60,540 bases of DNA, filler included, from Piptocephalis cylindrospora (GCA_003614145.1; 11 parts of 11 records of this genome joined end to end with filler, not necessarily neighbours in it); one strand, 5' to 3'. Positions 1 through 12,424 are shown, counted from the first letter of the whole stretch. The notes: a model not told the origin generated them from the sequence alone. Made by a program: numbers and translations.

Positions 1-1302
1 TTTTTGAGATGAATCTGTGATGGCTTGTAAGAGAAAAGGGAAGGCTGTAATTTTCCCAATACATTTCGCTGTTTACTACTACTACTACTTTTTGGTCGGC
101 ACATGGGGGTACTTTTCAGACAGGCTCAGTCATCGTCCATTTGAATGACCCAGGAGATTTCAATGATTCTTAAATGGTCATGGCATGAAATGGACCTATT
201 TCCAGGACAGGGTGGGGACCAAAAGAATTCATGGGATCCAGGCTGCGAAAACCCTTTTTCATCCTTCTTTTCCCGGTACACTCGTCCACGTTTCTGCATA
301 ATTAGGGCCAAAATGACTTTCTTGTCAAGAAAGAACCAAGGCCCATTCATTCATCTTCCTTTCTCTCGAGCCTCAAAGTAATGATGCATCTGGAAGGGTC
401 ACTCATCCAAAGAAGCTATATGTCTTCCTAAACCAATCATTCACCCTTCATCATTTAGATCCATTCATATTTACTGAAATGAAAGGATCCTTGGCTTGCA
501 GGCTCCAGTGCAGAGAAGAGGACAAAGCCCCATATGATCTGGGAGCTGAACTCCTTCCCCCTTCTTCTCCTTTAAGCATCCATCCTTCACACCCCACAAA
601 GCCAAGACCAGGTTGGGCTCAGGTCATTCACTCCTCCCTTCCCACCTGTACTCTTAACCCCCTGGGTCCTTGCTGTAACGTCTCCTCAAATACACACTCC
701 TCTCATCAGCACCTGTCTTGGGTGCACCAATCGGCACATCTATCCTCCCTCCCAACCCCGTATAGCGGAGTTCGGATCAACTTGAAAGATCCCCCCCTTA
801 CAGGTCACTGTATCCGACAGGTGCTATCCAACTCCGATTCACGCCCTGAGGCCCAGTCGAAAAGGCCTCGCTGATCCTGGAAGCATCTCCCCGTGAAAAG
901 ATGGGCAGGGCCTTCTCTTCCCCCCTTGGCTGACCAAGGAAGGGCGGCTTTCTACAGGGCGGGGATGGGTCAGCTTGGCAGGGCATCAAGCAATAAAGTC
1001 ATCTCTCCTTTGCTTAAGGTCCGCTCAGGCAGAAATGGATACATCTGATAGCGGGGTCAAACGTAGTCTTGTGGCCCTGATGATGGAAGGGCCGGATGAT
1101 CCCATGCGTTCACTTCTTCAGCTTTAGCCCCCCGTCCCTACCATGGGGACAGCTACAAGTACTACCAGCACATCCTATCCCATTTCCTCCTCGCCTACCC
1201 CCCTCCCCTCCCTTTCCCCTCCTCTTCCTCCGTGTCCGTTTCCATTTCTTCTTACCAACCTTTCTACTTACCCTACTACCTTTTTTTTCCTCCTATTACA
1301 CC

Positions 1303-2448
1303 ATGCATCCTGCTTCCGCCGCCCTTATTTTGGCCTTCCTTGGCCTTGCCACGGTGGATGCCTCGTATGTTGCTACTGCCCCATCCACCCCTAGCTCTGA
1401 CGCCGCCCCCGCCCCCGCTCCTGCCCCCGCTACTTCTACCCCAGCTGCCTCCAATCTCATCACCCATTTTGCCGATGGGGTTCAGGATAAATCGGCCAAG
1501 TGTAAAAATGCCATCAAGCAACTTCCTGGCAAATACCCCCTACTCGCCACCTGTTATCCCCTAGTCGACCTCTACCACACCCCCATCGAGGATATCTGCG
1601 ACATGTCCACTGGCCGCAAGGGTTGCTTCCAGGTTACCGTCAATGCCGCCAGGGACGTGGCCTCTAGTTGTCTCGGCCCCGCAGCCGGCAACCTCACCGC
1701 CCTCTTCGAGATGCCCGATGCTTACCGTAACTGGGCTCATGAGGAGGCTGCCAAGGCCGCTTGCGCCCCCGTCAAGAACCCCAACTCACCCAACTCCTCC
1801 CCCAGGCCCTGTCTCAACACGTTGACCGACATGCTCTTGACCGTCCAGGAGCAGGCCATGGCCCTGCCCTCGGCCCTGTCTTCCCTGTCCTCTGGTGATC
1901 TCCAGCTCCCCACAGTCTCTGACGTCCAAACCAAGGTCTGCTCCTCCACCTGCGCTGCTGAATACTACACCGCCGTTAATGGCTATACCAACTTGGCCCC
2001 CACTGTCTACTACGCCGGCTCCACCATGCAGCCCATTCTCTTTGGTGCATTCCGTAAATTCTGCTCCTGGGCCGCCCCCTCTAACTCTACTCCCTCCTCC
2101 CCGGCCCAGGAGGCTCAGGATCAAGAGGAATGGATGAAATCCAAGGACTACCCCACCGTAGATGCTTCCTCTCCCTCTTCCTCTACTGCTAAATCGAATG
2201 CTCACACCTCTACTCCCGCATCCAATGATAATTCTACATCCTCTGGTGCCGGTGCTGATTCGGGAAATTCTGATACCTATCCAACTGGTCCGAGTAATGC
2301 TGGGGAATCGGATGCTTCCCATACTTACACCACTCCATCTGGGGATGCACCCGTTGCCCCAGTCAATCCTGGTACCACTGGATCGACCAAGCCATCCTAT
2401 GGATCGACCTCTAAGCCCCTCTCCCCATGCAAACCCCATGCCTACTGA
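1303..2448 (+). CDS. Secreted Cys-containing protein with Ser/Thr/Pro-rich C-terminal tail (381 aa), unknown function
   Basis: In-frame ATG at 1303 follows a pyrimidine-rich promoter. Signal peptide MHPASAALILAFLGLATVDA, Cys-rich central domain, S/T/P/G low-complexity tail; intronless ORF. Confidence 0.8.
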   Translation: MHPASAALILAFLGLATVDASYVATAPSTPSSDAAPAPAPAPATSTPAASNLITHFADGVQDKSAKCKNAIKQLPGKYPLLATCYPLVDLYHTPIEDICDMSTGRKGCFQVTVNAARDVASSCLGPAAGNLTALFEMPDAYRNWAHEEAAKAACAPVKNPNSPNSSPRPCLNTLTDMLLTVQEQAMALPSALSSLSSGDLQLPTVSDVQTKVCSSTCAAEYYTAVNGYTNLAPTVYYAGSTMQPILFGAFRKFCSWAAPSNSTPSSPAQEAQDQEEWMKSKDYPTVDASSPSSSTAKSNAHTSTPASNDNSTSSGAGADSGNSDTYPTGPSNAGESDASHTYTTPSGDAPVAPVNPGTTGSTKPSYGSTSKPLSPCKPHAY

Positions 2449-3129
2449 CGTGTTGATAGGATGGGATGAGTGGGATGAGGCGGGCGCTGTCAGTGGTCAC
2501 CAGCAATTTTTTGCCGTGCCAATCTAGCAACACTTGCATACCTTTCTCCTTCTCTTCCCCATACACTACCGTCATCCCCCTTCCCTTGATGGAATGGGCG
2601 AAGGGTATCGTACACGATTCTTTGGAGTGGGCTGGTCTCCTCTCATAAGGACAATACAATGGACATGATTATCCCATCTGGTTTCTTTCATAGTGCGTGA
2701 GTGAGTATATCCCTCTTCTCCTCTAGGTGGTGGATGACGGGTAGGGGATGGTGTTGGGAGTTCATGGGATGCAGAGAAAGTGCAGGGATATCTAGGAAAT
2801 GTGCTCATTCCAGATCTTGGATTGGCGAATCCCCTAATGCTATCCATCCTAGTAGGGAGCGCATTGCCGTGCAGAAGATGCTGTAATTCTTATACCCTAG
2901 CAGCACTATCCACCCGCTCCCCTAGTGACTCGAGAACGCGTACTGTAGTCTGTCTGTCCCCATGGTGCAACCACCACATTAAACACCACTAAGCATGCGA
3001 TCTAATCCCCCACTCACATGTCATCAACAGGGGTGTAAAGTGTGGTGGCGCGTGTTTATCTTTCCGTCTTTGCTCCGTTTCCCTCTTTCCTCCCTCCTCT
3101 TTTCTTCCCAGCCCAACCTAGGCAGCACA

Positions 3130-4393
3130 ATGTCCGCCTTTAGACATGAACTGAATCCACCCCCTCCACCGCCTCCTCCACCACCACTACCACCACAGTC
3201 TCCTTCCCAATCCCCTTCCCGGCCTCCTCCACCACCGCATCTCGAAATAGCCTACCCTTCCTGGAGGGGCTACCTCTCCAAGGAGGTCCTAGAAACTAGT
3301 TCCCCGGATGACCCAGTCAAGACCCGTAACACACACACGTATTATGTTACACTGATATCCCAACTTACACGCCTTCTCGGCTTTCCCCGCGCTACTTGGG
3401 CCACCGCCATCCTCCTATGCACTCGTTTCTACGCTGCCCACCCCGTCTTGGAGCACCCTCCCTTCCTCATCGCCATTGCCGCCCTTTTTGTTGCTGGAAA
3501 GGTGGAGGAAACGTACAAGCGTCTCAAAGATGTCCTTTCCTTGGCTCGTTCTCTCCCTTCCCTAGGAGAGGATGGCCCTGAGAAAAACCTTTCCTTTGAG
3601 GTGAGTGGGCTATACTGTAACTCAAGGGATAGACCCCCTACTCTAACCCTTGTTCATCCCATTCAAAAGGCACTTCATCAGCAGGTTCTTCGAAAGGAAC
3701 GGCTGATCTTCCGGTCTATTCGCTTCGACGTTGGCTTTCGCCATCCCTTTGTCTTTATCCCCAAATACACTCTGATGTTACATGGTACAGATCCTTTAGG
3801 CAACACGTGAGGATCTAATATCCCCCCCTACTCACCCTTCTTTCTCCTCTGATTTCTTCTCTCTAGGGAGCAAAGCACTGGGGGAAGCCGCTTGGAGCCT
3901 TTCAATAGCCATGTAAGCTAACCTTTTCCCCCCTCTCCTTTATACAACTCATTCTCTTTTCCTTTAGGTATTCAACCAATCTACCTATTCAATATCCTCC
4001 TCATACCCTTGCAGCCGCCTCCATTCTTCTCTCCACCCTCTCTCATCCTGATCTTTCCCCTCCCTCTTTTACACCCTCTGGGCCATGGGCATGTGCATGG
4101 CTAATTCGATCAGCTGATCTTTACGGTAGGATGTCCTCTTCCTCCTTCACCTCCTCTTGATCCTTATTTACTCTATCCCCTCTGCCATAGATGCTTGTCT
4201 TCAAGCCCTTCCGCTGGCCTTTGAGGACTACCCTCAGGGCATCACAAAAGCCGAGGACATCCTGAAGGATTGGCACAAGGCTTGGTCGAATCATCCAGCC
4301 TTCAAGGATCAACCCAAGGGTAGACCTGAAGAGCGTATTAGGGCTGAGGCCTTGCAGGATGGGATGACCCTTCGATATCTTTTCAAGTCCTGA
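3130..4393 (+). CDS. Transcriptional cyclin (cyclin K/T/L, Ctk2/Pch1-like), 5 exons
   Basis: Cyclin box ATAILLCTRFY...IAIAALFVAGKVEETYKRLKDV, ERLIFRSIRFD..HPF and QYPPHTLAAASI. GT-AG introns at approx. 3601-3669, 3785-3866, 3913-3967 and 4126-4190. Confidence 0.85.
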
Positions 4394-4609
4394 CCGATAA
4401 ATACTTCCCATCCTCCCTACTGGGTTATCATGTGTTTTTACGGGGATATCAGACATTAATGGGACTCACCCAAGAATAAGTAGTAGACTAGATCTTTTTA
4501 TCTTGTGCTTCTTCACCCTTGATCCAAGAGAAAACTCATTGTTGCCAGTTAAAAAATGGAAGGCAATATGCTTTAGGGGAAAAAAGGGAAAAAGCTCATT
4601 GATTATTAT

Positions 4610-5457
4610 TTAAACTGCACACGTCCCCTTGTACACCATCTCATCTTCCTTTTGCATCTCTTCTTTAACCTCTTCTTCCTTGGCCTTGGTCTCTTCTTCC
4701 TTGGTCTTGGCCTCTTCTTCCTTGGCCTCGGCTTCCTCAGCATTCTTCTTAGTCTCTTCCTCCTTGGTATTGGCCTCCTCCGACTTTATCTCTTCTTTCT
4801 TGAGCTTGATTTCTTCCTTGGCCTTGGTATCATCCACCTTGGCCTTGACCTCTTCTTCCTCAGCATTTTTCTTAGTCTTTTCCTCGGTGTTCTTGGTCTC
4901 CTCTTCTTCAGTCTTCTTGGCCTCTTCTTCTTCAGTGTTCTTGGTCTCTTCTTCTTCAGTGTTCTTGGTCTCCTCCTTGGCCTCCTCAGTTTCGCCCTCC
5001 TCCTCCTTCTTCTTCTTGGCCTCCTCCTCGGCCTCCTCTCTCGCCCGAGCAAGCTCCTCCTCATGCCTCATCTTCTCTTCTTGCTCCTCAATTGATACGG
5101 CACCAGCCCGGAATCGCTCCACAAGCTTATCCACCGCAGGCCAGATGGTCTCGGGCTTTCGGCGATGAAGAAGCATCAAGCGCATCATCTCGCAGGGAGG
5201 AATCAAGTCGTGGGGGAACTTTGCGAGCCACTCCTCGTCGATAGGACTGGCTGGGGTATCCACCTCGTTTTTCTCGTTCAAAACAATATTCTCGTACATC
5301 CGTCGCACCTGGTACCTCGTTGTACATCCCAGTTCGAGGCTCAGGTCAATTCGGCCAGGCCGAATAAGTGCAGGATCCAGAACCTCGGGGTGATTGGTTG
5401 TCATGATTACGATATTTCCGGGCTCCATCGTGTGTCCATCGAGACAGTTGAGGAGGG
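4610..5457 (-). CDS. BCS1-like AAA+ ATPase, C-terminal part with Glu/Lys repeat tail (5' end truncated by contig end)
   Basis: LLNCLDG...IVIMTTNHPEVLDPALIRPGRIDLSLELG (AAA sensor-1/second region of homology typical of BCS1-like ATPases), followed by EEETKNT-type repeats. Confidence 0.8.
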
Positions 5458-5557
5458 NNNNNNNNNNNNNNNNNNNNNNNNNNNNNNNNNNNNNNNNNNN
5501 NTTAATTAATTAANNNNNNNNNNNNNNNNNNNNNNNNNNNNNNNNNNNNNNNNNNNN
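5458..5557. other. Artificial contig linker (N-run, TTAATTAATTAA, N-run); also at 10998-11097, 16420-16519, 21949-22048, 27476-27575, 33002-33101, 38520-38619, 44037-44136, 49545-49644, 55048-55147
   Basis: Identical 100-nt spacer with stops in all six frames occurs ten times; genes are truncated at these points. Confidence 0.98.
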
Positions 5558-5975
5558 GTCTTCTCCCACTCTACCCTCTACTGATGCATCCGTCACGACC
5601 ACTGGGGCGCTATGGTCCTCTGCGGATCAACGTCCTGTTCGACGGACTGACGCTCTTTGCTAACACTTGACGCGCGCATGTGTGTGTGTGTGTGTGCTAG
5701 GACAAGTACATCTTGATGGTGTCCGTAATAAGACCCAGGGAATTGGTCCAATATCCATAGATGATCTGGACCACCATAAAGGAGAGATTGAGGCACATGA
5801 AGCAAAAGATATTTCGAGAGTCTTTGGATCCTAGGGCCGAGCTGAGCCACGCGACTCCCCTCTCGATAATAGCTCCTGGGGTATTGCTTTGGCGGCCGTG
5901 GAGACCTAGAGGCTTCCCTCCCTCGTAGAGGGGGAGGGAGTCGTCAGCGCCGGTAAAGGAGCCAGCCCACGCCAT
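5558..5975 (-). CDS. Cation diffusion facilitator zinc transporter (Msc2/Cis4/ZnT7-like), N-terminal part, truncated by contig end
   Basis: KDSRNIFCFMCLNLSFMVVQIIYGYWTNSLGLITDTIKM matches CDF TM1-TM2 (SLGLISD-type motif); followed by an apparent intron. Confidence 0.8.
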
Positions 5976-7769
5976 AGAATGTAGCTGAGTTGGGAGAAGA
6001 AAGAAGGAGAGAGGAAGGGAGAGGGGGAGGGAACAACCAAGAGGGAAAGGGAGAAAAGAGTGGGAGTGATGGTGACAGGAAATGGGACAGAGACACGGAG
6101 AAGGACAAGATCAGGGAAGAGCGCTTCTAAGGATGGGAAAGCGGTGGGGTGGGGAAGAAGAAGGTTCTTTAGGAAGCGCGATCTCTGCACAGAGGAAGAC
6201 TGAGCAAAAGGCAGCGGAGGTTTGAAGACAGGACAGTGCTGCTTGGGAATTGGTAGGAGATGGAGGATCTACTCCGCGCACTATAGGAAAGAGAGCAAGT
6301 CAGGGAAAAGGGGAGGGGAAACCACGACAGTGCCTATCTTTATTGGAGAAGGGAAGCTTGGGTACTTTCCCCTGGTCCTTTTTTTCCCTCATTTCCCAAT
6401 TAACAACACACCAAGACGATGGAGCATGGGCTGATCTAGGAAGGGAGAAAGATGGTCCATACCTAGTTAGTTACAAAAGATGATACAGTAGGACATTGGA
6501 TTCAAAGTGGAAAGAGATCCTGTAATGGACTAGGATGTCCATGGCATACCAAATGAGTTGATATGGAGTAATTCAATGATTTATATTATGCCATTGCTCT
6601 AGTCTTATTTTTACGGATTGACACAATAAATGATGGCCATCGACTAACTGGTTGCTACTTGCCCTTTCTACTAGGATCATGCTTCTTGATTTTGAATTTC
6701 AAGCGGGTCGATCGATGGCTGCTTCTTCATTTATATATTTCACTCTTTTCACGCGTTACAGCACGAATGCACCTCTCAGCCCGTATTTATATTGTTATTA
6801 TATATATTCTTATTAGGCTATATGGAATCATTTCTCTATATGCTCTGGTTTCTTTCGAGTCATCACGTTCTCGTGTTGCTACGAGGAGAAATCAGCCTTC
6901 CTTGATCTCAAGCCCTTGGTCCATTCATCAATTATCCTCTGTGTTCCTCTTTCGCCTCACCGCCCTCTACTTCCATGTGAATTACAGGCCATAATTCGAT
7001 GAAATTTGACCTTTTTTCACATCTACGTCACATGTTACTGTCCGCCTTTTCCCTGACTCATGCACAAAGTGTGAAAGTATCCTAAAAAGAGTACGAGTGC
7101 GCCTTCAGCCATGTGTGGGCGATGTGTCAGTGGCCACTTCATCTTACATCATTATCCTGCCCAGTCCGCGGGGAAGGGACGACTACGACGCGTTGCTTGT
7201 GCTTCCCAAAGGACGGCATAGTAGGGCCCGGTCTCGCTTTAAGCATGTGTAGACGAGAGTGGTTGTAGTGCTGTTTGACTTGGTTAGGAAACAAGGCCTA
7301 TGACCGTATCTTTGTCTGTCTACGACTTTACCTGAATGATCACGGCTGCCACCATCCTTCCGAGTGCTTCCATCAGAGGGGATGCCCCCCTTACTCTAAA
7401 CGCTCTAACAGCGCGTGTTTTCAACTGACACCAGGCCTTCTCCTGGTTAGGGTATGATCTACACACAAGCACACAAACACACACACTTACCCAGGTTCGT
7501 TCCTCCCTCCAAGTACTTCTCAGCAGTGTGTCAGAGCTGGGGTGGTGATGCTTTGGAAAAAATGGTAGGTGTCACTAGTAAAAACATTCCACTTCTCATC
7601 GATAAAACTCGCCCTTCTTTTTCCTTGTGGGGAACAATGGAGGTGTCACGAATTTCCTTTCCTCCTGACTTCATCTTTCCCCTTTTTTTCCAAGACATTC
7701 CCTTCTTTCTCCCCCTCCCACTCTCCCATTTCAACTTTATTTCAACCAAGTTACTAGCCACCTTTCAAC

Positions 7770-8780
7770 ATGGGCAACCGACGGAAGAGCCGTAAGTATC
7801 TTATGCTGCGATGTCCTGGGAGAGATGCTAGACTGACGGGACCCTGGGCTGACGACCTCTTCCCATCCTCCAGACACCCAACTGAACCCCAGTGCCAATT
7901 CCTTTGTCCCCCTTCGGAACGAGTCCCCACACAGTAAGTCTGGAGATGGGTGAGTGAACCGGCCAAGGTGGGGCTTGTCATCTTACTCTCTCCCCCCTCT
8001 AATCTAGATTCCCCGACCACAAATGATACCAGTTATGCCAATGTGGTCAAGGACCCGGCTGGGTCTCATGATGTTCCTACGGGATCTGCCACCTACTCCA
8101 CCGTCACCAAGAAGGATGTGGAGGAGGGAGATGTGCTGGAGGATCAGGAGTTTCCTCAAGTCATTTCCACTGACCCCGTTGACGAAGAGCCCATTGATGT
8201 AGCTCAAGTTGTTAAGGAGAGGCAAGAAGAGGAAGCCAAGGAGCGGGAGGAGGAGGAAGCTAGCAAGGAGGAGGAAGCCAGTAAGGAGGAGGAAGCCAGT
8301 AAGGAGGAGGAGGCCAAGGAGTCGGCAGCCAAGACCGTGGATCAAGGAAAGGAAAAGGCTCAACAGGCCTCTGAGAGGGTTCAGGAAAAGGCCAAAGAGG
8401 TCTCGGAGAAGGCCCAGGAAAAGGTCAAGGAGGTCTCAGAGAAGGCTCAGGAGACAGCCAGGGGAGTCTCGAAGAAGGCCCAGGAGACGGCCAAGGAGAC
8501 TCAAAAGGTCGCCAAAAAGACCGAGAAACAGGTGCGTAAGGAGTGTCCTGGGGTGGATGGGATGATTGAGCGAGTCAAGCGCGCCACGCCGGCAGAAAAG
8601 GGCAAGTTTTCCCTGGGTGTCGGGATTGCCGGATTCCTCCTCTCCTTTGTCCTCTCCTCCCGTGCTCCTCGGTCCTTTGCTGGAGGTGCCGGGATCATTG
8701 GATGTCTTTTGGCGGGATGGCAATTCCTTGTGGTGAAGAAACAATCCTCCTCCGCTACTCCCAAGGGCAGGAGTGATTAG
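7770..8780 (+). CDS. Membrane-anchored protein with N-terminal PAM2-like motif, Glu/Lys-rich LEA-like repeats and two C-terminal hydrophobic segments (exons 7770-7791, 7874-7933, 8008-8780)
   Basis: Two GTAAGT...YAG introns splice in frame to give MGNRRKSHTQLNPSANSFVPLRNESPHNSPTT...; 11-mer KAQEKVKEVSE-type repeats; hydrophobic FSLGVGIAGFLLSFVL and GAGIIGCLLAGWQFLVV. Confidence 0.75.
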
Positions 8781-8906
8781 AGGTGTTTGAGGCAGTGAGG
8801 AGAGGATGGGCATATAGGATGATGTTGTTATGTTGATTTGAACAAAGAGAGAGCGAGATGTTTGAACGCGGTACGTGTTGCTATCACCCCAGCAGCCTAA
8901 AAACCC

Positions 8907-9613
8907 TTAAAATCCCAAACCCGTACTAGGTCCCTTGAATCTCTGTTTCCGCATGGCAATTCCTTGTTGAAATTGCCGTTCCAGATCTTGGGAAATATTC
9001 TGATGATTGTCGGATGATTCACTGGGGGTTGAGGGGGATGCCTTCAACGATCCATACAATCCCTTCTTGGGGCCTTCGGACTTTCCCGGTTTCTGGGACT
9101 TCTTGGCCCCCATGAGTCTTAAAAACTTGGATTTCTTTTTGTCATCCTCTCCAAATGATACAGCTTCCCAATTGTTATGACTTTGTACTTGCGGCGTCTA
9201 TGGGGTTGGTTAGGATTGGGATGAGACCGAGTGGGATGGGTCATGGGGGGTCGGATGGCTTACCGGCTCTGGAGAAGAGGTAGTGACCTCTTTTTCAGCT
9301 GTCTTCTTTGCCTTCTTGGCCTTCTTTTCCTAGGTAGGGAGGAGTGAGTGAATGAGTTGATTTATCCTTGGCCGCTCCAATTTACCTTGGAGTGCTCTTT
9401 ATGGTCCCTGCTCTTCTTTTCCTTTTTCTCCTTCTTTTCCTTTTTCTCCTTTTTCTCTTTCCTCTCCTTCTTTACTACTGGGCTTGGCTCGTCATCTAAT
9501 AGCCACATGCTAGGGGTTAGTCACATCGTTGATGACTTGGCCCTCATGTGACCCAGCAAGCATGCCGTACCATGCTTCCGCTTTCGACTGGTTTCTTGTT
9601 GACTTTTCCCCAT
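8907..9613 (-). CDS. Lys-rich nucleolar-type protein with C-terminal small acidic protein (SMAP) domain, multi-exon
   Basis: NWEAVSFGEDDKKKSKFLRLMGAKK...ISQDLERQFQQG matches the SMAP motif; upstream KEKKEKKE exons; start ATG at 9613 inferred. Confidence 0.7.
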
Positions 9614-10030
9614 GGATGCAATCAAAGAGAGAGAAAAAGGGGGAAAGTGAGGATATGGAGTTGGTGGGAGAGGTGCCTCCTTGCTTTTTTTATGTTGATC
9701 CTTGCTGCTCGGATCCGCACATGTTGGCATTGACCTTTACTTGCCCTCTTCTACTCAGCCGCCGCCAAGGGGCAAGGCCCAATTTCTACCCCCTACTCGT
9801 CAAAAATAAGACACAAATCCCATATTTGGTTATATTTCGCATCGTTGTGTGTCGGTCAGTTGGTGTGCCCAAGCTGTGTGGGCTCTCTCCCTCGGCACTA
9901 CAACCACGCTTGCAGAGGTGGATGTCTTGATCCTCGGCCCACAAGCCCTCCCAACCAAGTCCTACTGTGTTGGCCCTCTTTCACTCGCAACATCCCCTTG
10001 TTTGCCGTTCACTTTTCAAAGCATCCAACA

Positions 10031-10650
10031 ATGGTAAGTCCAACCTGGCAACACCCTTTCGGCTAGATGGATGGATCCATCCATCCTTTGAGATAGAGGG
10101 GAATGGGTCAGGCGGATGGATGGATGGATGGATAGTTTGGGCTTTGACGTGGAAGGCGGGATGGGAATGAGAGATCATGATGGAATGTGATCATGATGGG
10201 ATCGCGCTGTTCTAGGGATGGGCCAGGTTCTAGGGATGGCTTGGAGCTGTCTGGGGGTGATCAGACTTATTTGGATCCGGGTGCGTGTCGTGTTCTTGAC
10301 CTTTTTGNNNNNNNNNNTGATCAGACTTACTTGGATCCGGATGCGTGTCGTGTTCCTGATCCTTTTGCTGGAGAGGAGGAATGGACAGCCCCCTCCCCCC
10401 TTGTCTGATGATTAAAAACCATCGCTCACTCCCCTCTTCCCTCTTCCTTTACCAGGGTAAAGTTCACGGATCTCTCGCCCGTGCCGGTAAGGTCAAGTCT
10501 CAGTGCCCCAAGGTGGAGGCCCAGGAGAAGAAGAAGAAGCTCACTGGACGTGCCAAGAAGCGGGAGATTTACACCCGTCGCTTCGTCAACGTCACCCTCG
10601 TCAACGGAAAGAGGCGTCTCAACCCTGCCCCCACCCAGGACAAGCCCTAG
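10031..10650 (+). CDS. RPS30: 40S ribosomal protein S30 (eS30); exon 1 is ATG only, intron 10034-10455
   Basis: ATG|GTAAGT ... CCAG|GGTAAA gives [37 protein letters not shown]...RRFVNV. Confidence 0.97.
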
Positions 10651-12424
10651 AGAACCATTCTTTCTCCATTCTCTCTCCTCCGGACCTCTGATTCCTTTTC
10701 ATGTCCCTTGTGATCATGCCTGTTTGGCCTGACACCACGTCTCTCCTATCCTCTTCCTCAGCTTTTATCTGCTTTTGGATATGGGGAGGAGCTATACCAA
10801 GGGATGATTAGATGATTTCTTTTCCTTCCTTGATTTTGCGGGGTTGTTTGTTGAGGACTGAGAGAGGGGCGGTCGTATTAGCCATGATCCTTTGCGTCAT
10901 GGTACGGAGGGGAATCATCGTGAGGAAAGGGCGGTCATGACCCATGGCCGCTCGCTTTACATCGACACGAGCAGTGGCCAGTGCATCATAGGACTACNNN
11001 NNNNNNNNNNNNNNNNNNNNNNNNNNNNNNNNNNNNNNNNNTTAATTAATTAANNNNNNNNNNNNNNNNNNNNNNNNNNNNNNNNNNNNNNNNNNNNGAA
11101 GTGTGTGGGTTTATGTTGAGATACTTGGCACCAGGCGAAGTGATATCAATAACCTTAGGGGGTAGAAAAGATGGTGGCGGTTGGTTGGGTGAGTGGGTAG
11201 GTAGTGGGAGGTGTGGGGGATAGATGGACTGAGGAGTAGGATGAGCTGCCGGTCCCTGTTTTATAGCTGATCTTATGCCTCCTTGGCAGTAGATATGGGC
11301 TGCTCGACATGTCCCATATAGCGCCAAGAACTCCCCCTGTCAATCAGCTAAAACGCTACCAGAGCAACATGGGCCAGAATGTCCTGGGAGACAGCTGCCT
11401 CTCAATTTGTCCATCGTTCCCTCACTGCCGTAACACCACTTTCTGCTGGAACCAATTGGTCATGGCCCCCGATCCATAGACGTCCGTCAGGACTCCAAGA
11501 CCCCCCTCCCACACCAAGGCGCCCGTCAAATGATGGCGGAAGACACTTCGGAGTTTCAAATCAGGGCATGCTTTAGGGATAATTCCTATCTGATTGGGCC
11601 CAAGTGCTTGAAGCTGCTCCCAGTACCTTTCGGAGTAGGAAATACTGTCAGATTGTAGTGGTACAAAGGCATGGAATTTTTAATGGGATTACTCTCCTTC
11701 CCGCCCCCTGTCCAGTCTGGGATCTCGACAGCTGAAGGGTCGGGGAGGACTCTATTCACTTATGTCCGCCCTTCTGGAAAACAGGAGAAGAAAAAGAGCA
11801 TCAATGTCAAACGGCCTATCGATGAGCACTAAGAATCACGATGCCTCTATCACAGTGGCGCGTTTTAGAGGCGCAGAAGAGTGCCCCTCAATCGGACGGA
11901 GTTCAGTCTGTCAACAGAATCCACTGGTCGGATGTCATGAGCTAACATCTATCCTCTGTCACGAAAGGCCGCTCCTCTTCTTGGACAAGTGTCACCAAGG
12001 CATCTCATACTTTTCCGCCCTGAAACAAACCATCAAGTGTCTGAGTCTTAATGTCTAACAACCCGCCTCTACGAGTCGAGCGGGGTTTCCCATTCTTTAT
12101 TTCCCCCAGTTTCCAGGGCCAACGTCACCCTCTGAAAACATTGGATGAAGTCGCACTGTGGCACCCTCCTTGCCTTTCGAATGAAGCATTGTCTCCGCAA
12201 GCTCCATTCTACCAGAAGATGCCTCTCACTACATGTCAACATCAACGATGGCCACTCATCGTTTTTTGATTATCCCTTCATCGGACCATGCCATCGCAAC
12301 TTGAAGTATCATGATTCATGAGAAGCAGTATGGCCCATGAGGAAGAGCATGGATATCCCTCGAAGTATTCACATCAAAATTCAGTACACCAATGCTCTGT
12401 GAGAAAGTCTTATATCCAACACGC

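Noticed and set aside
4629..5168. Long hydrophobic or Ser-rich ORFs antisense to Glu/Lys-rich genes (also 8004-8363, 22453-23181, 57798-58316)
   Set aside because: Shadow ORFs caused by codon bias of the real genes on the opposite strand.
10258..10345. ~50-bp near-identical direct repeat (TGATCAGACTTA...GTGTTC) in the RPS30 intron
   Set aside because: The copies flank a small N gap, so this is most likely overlapping scaffold ends or haplotypes rather than a real duplication. No convincing C/D box pair.
11098..12300. Possible LINE relic (minus-strand LVWEGGLGV resembles the GGLG motif downstream of L1-type RT)
   Set aside because: Single short motif, no RT (YADD) or endonuclease motifs visible; insufficient support.
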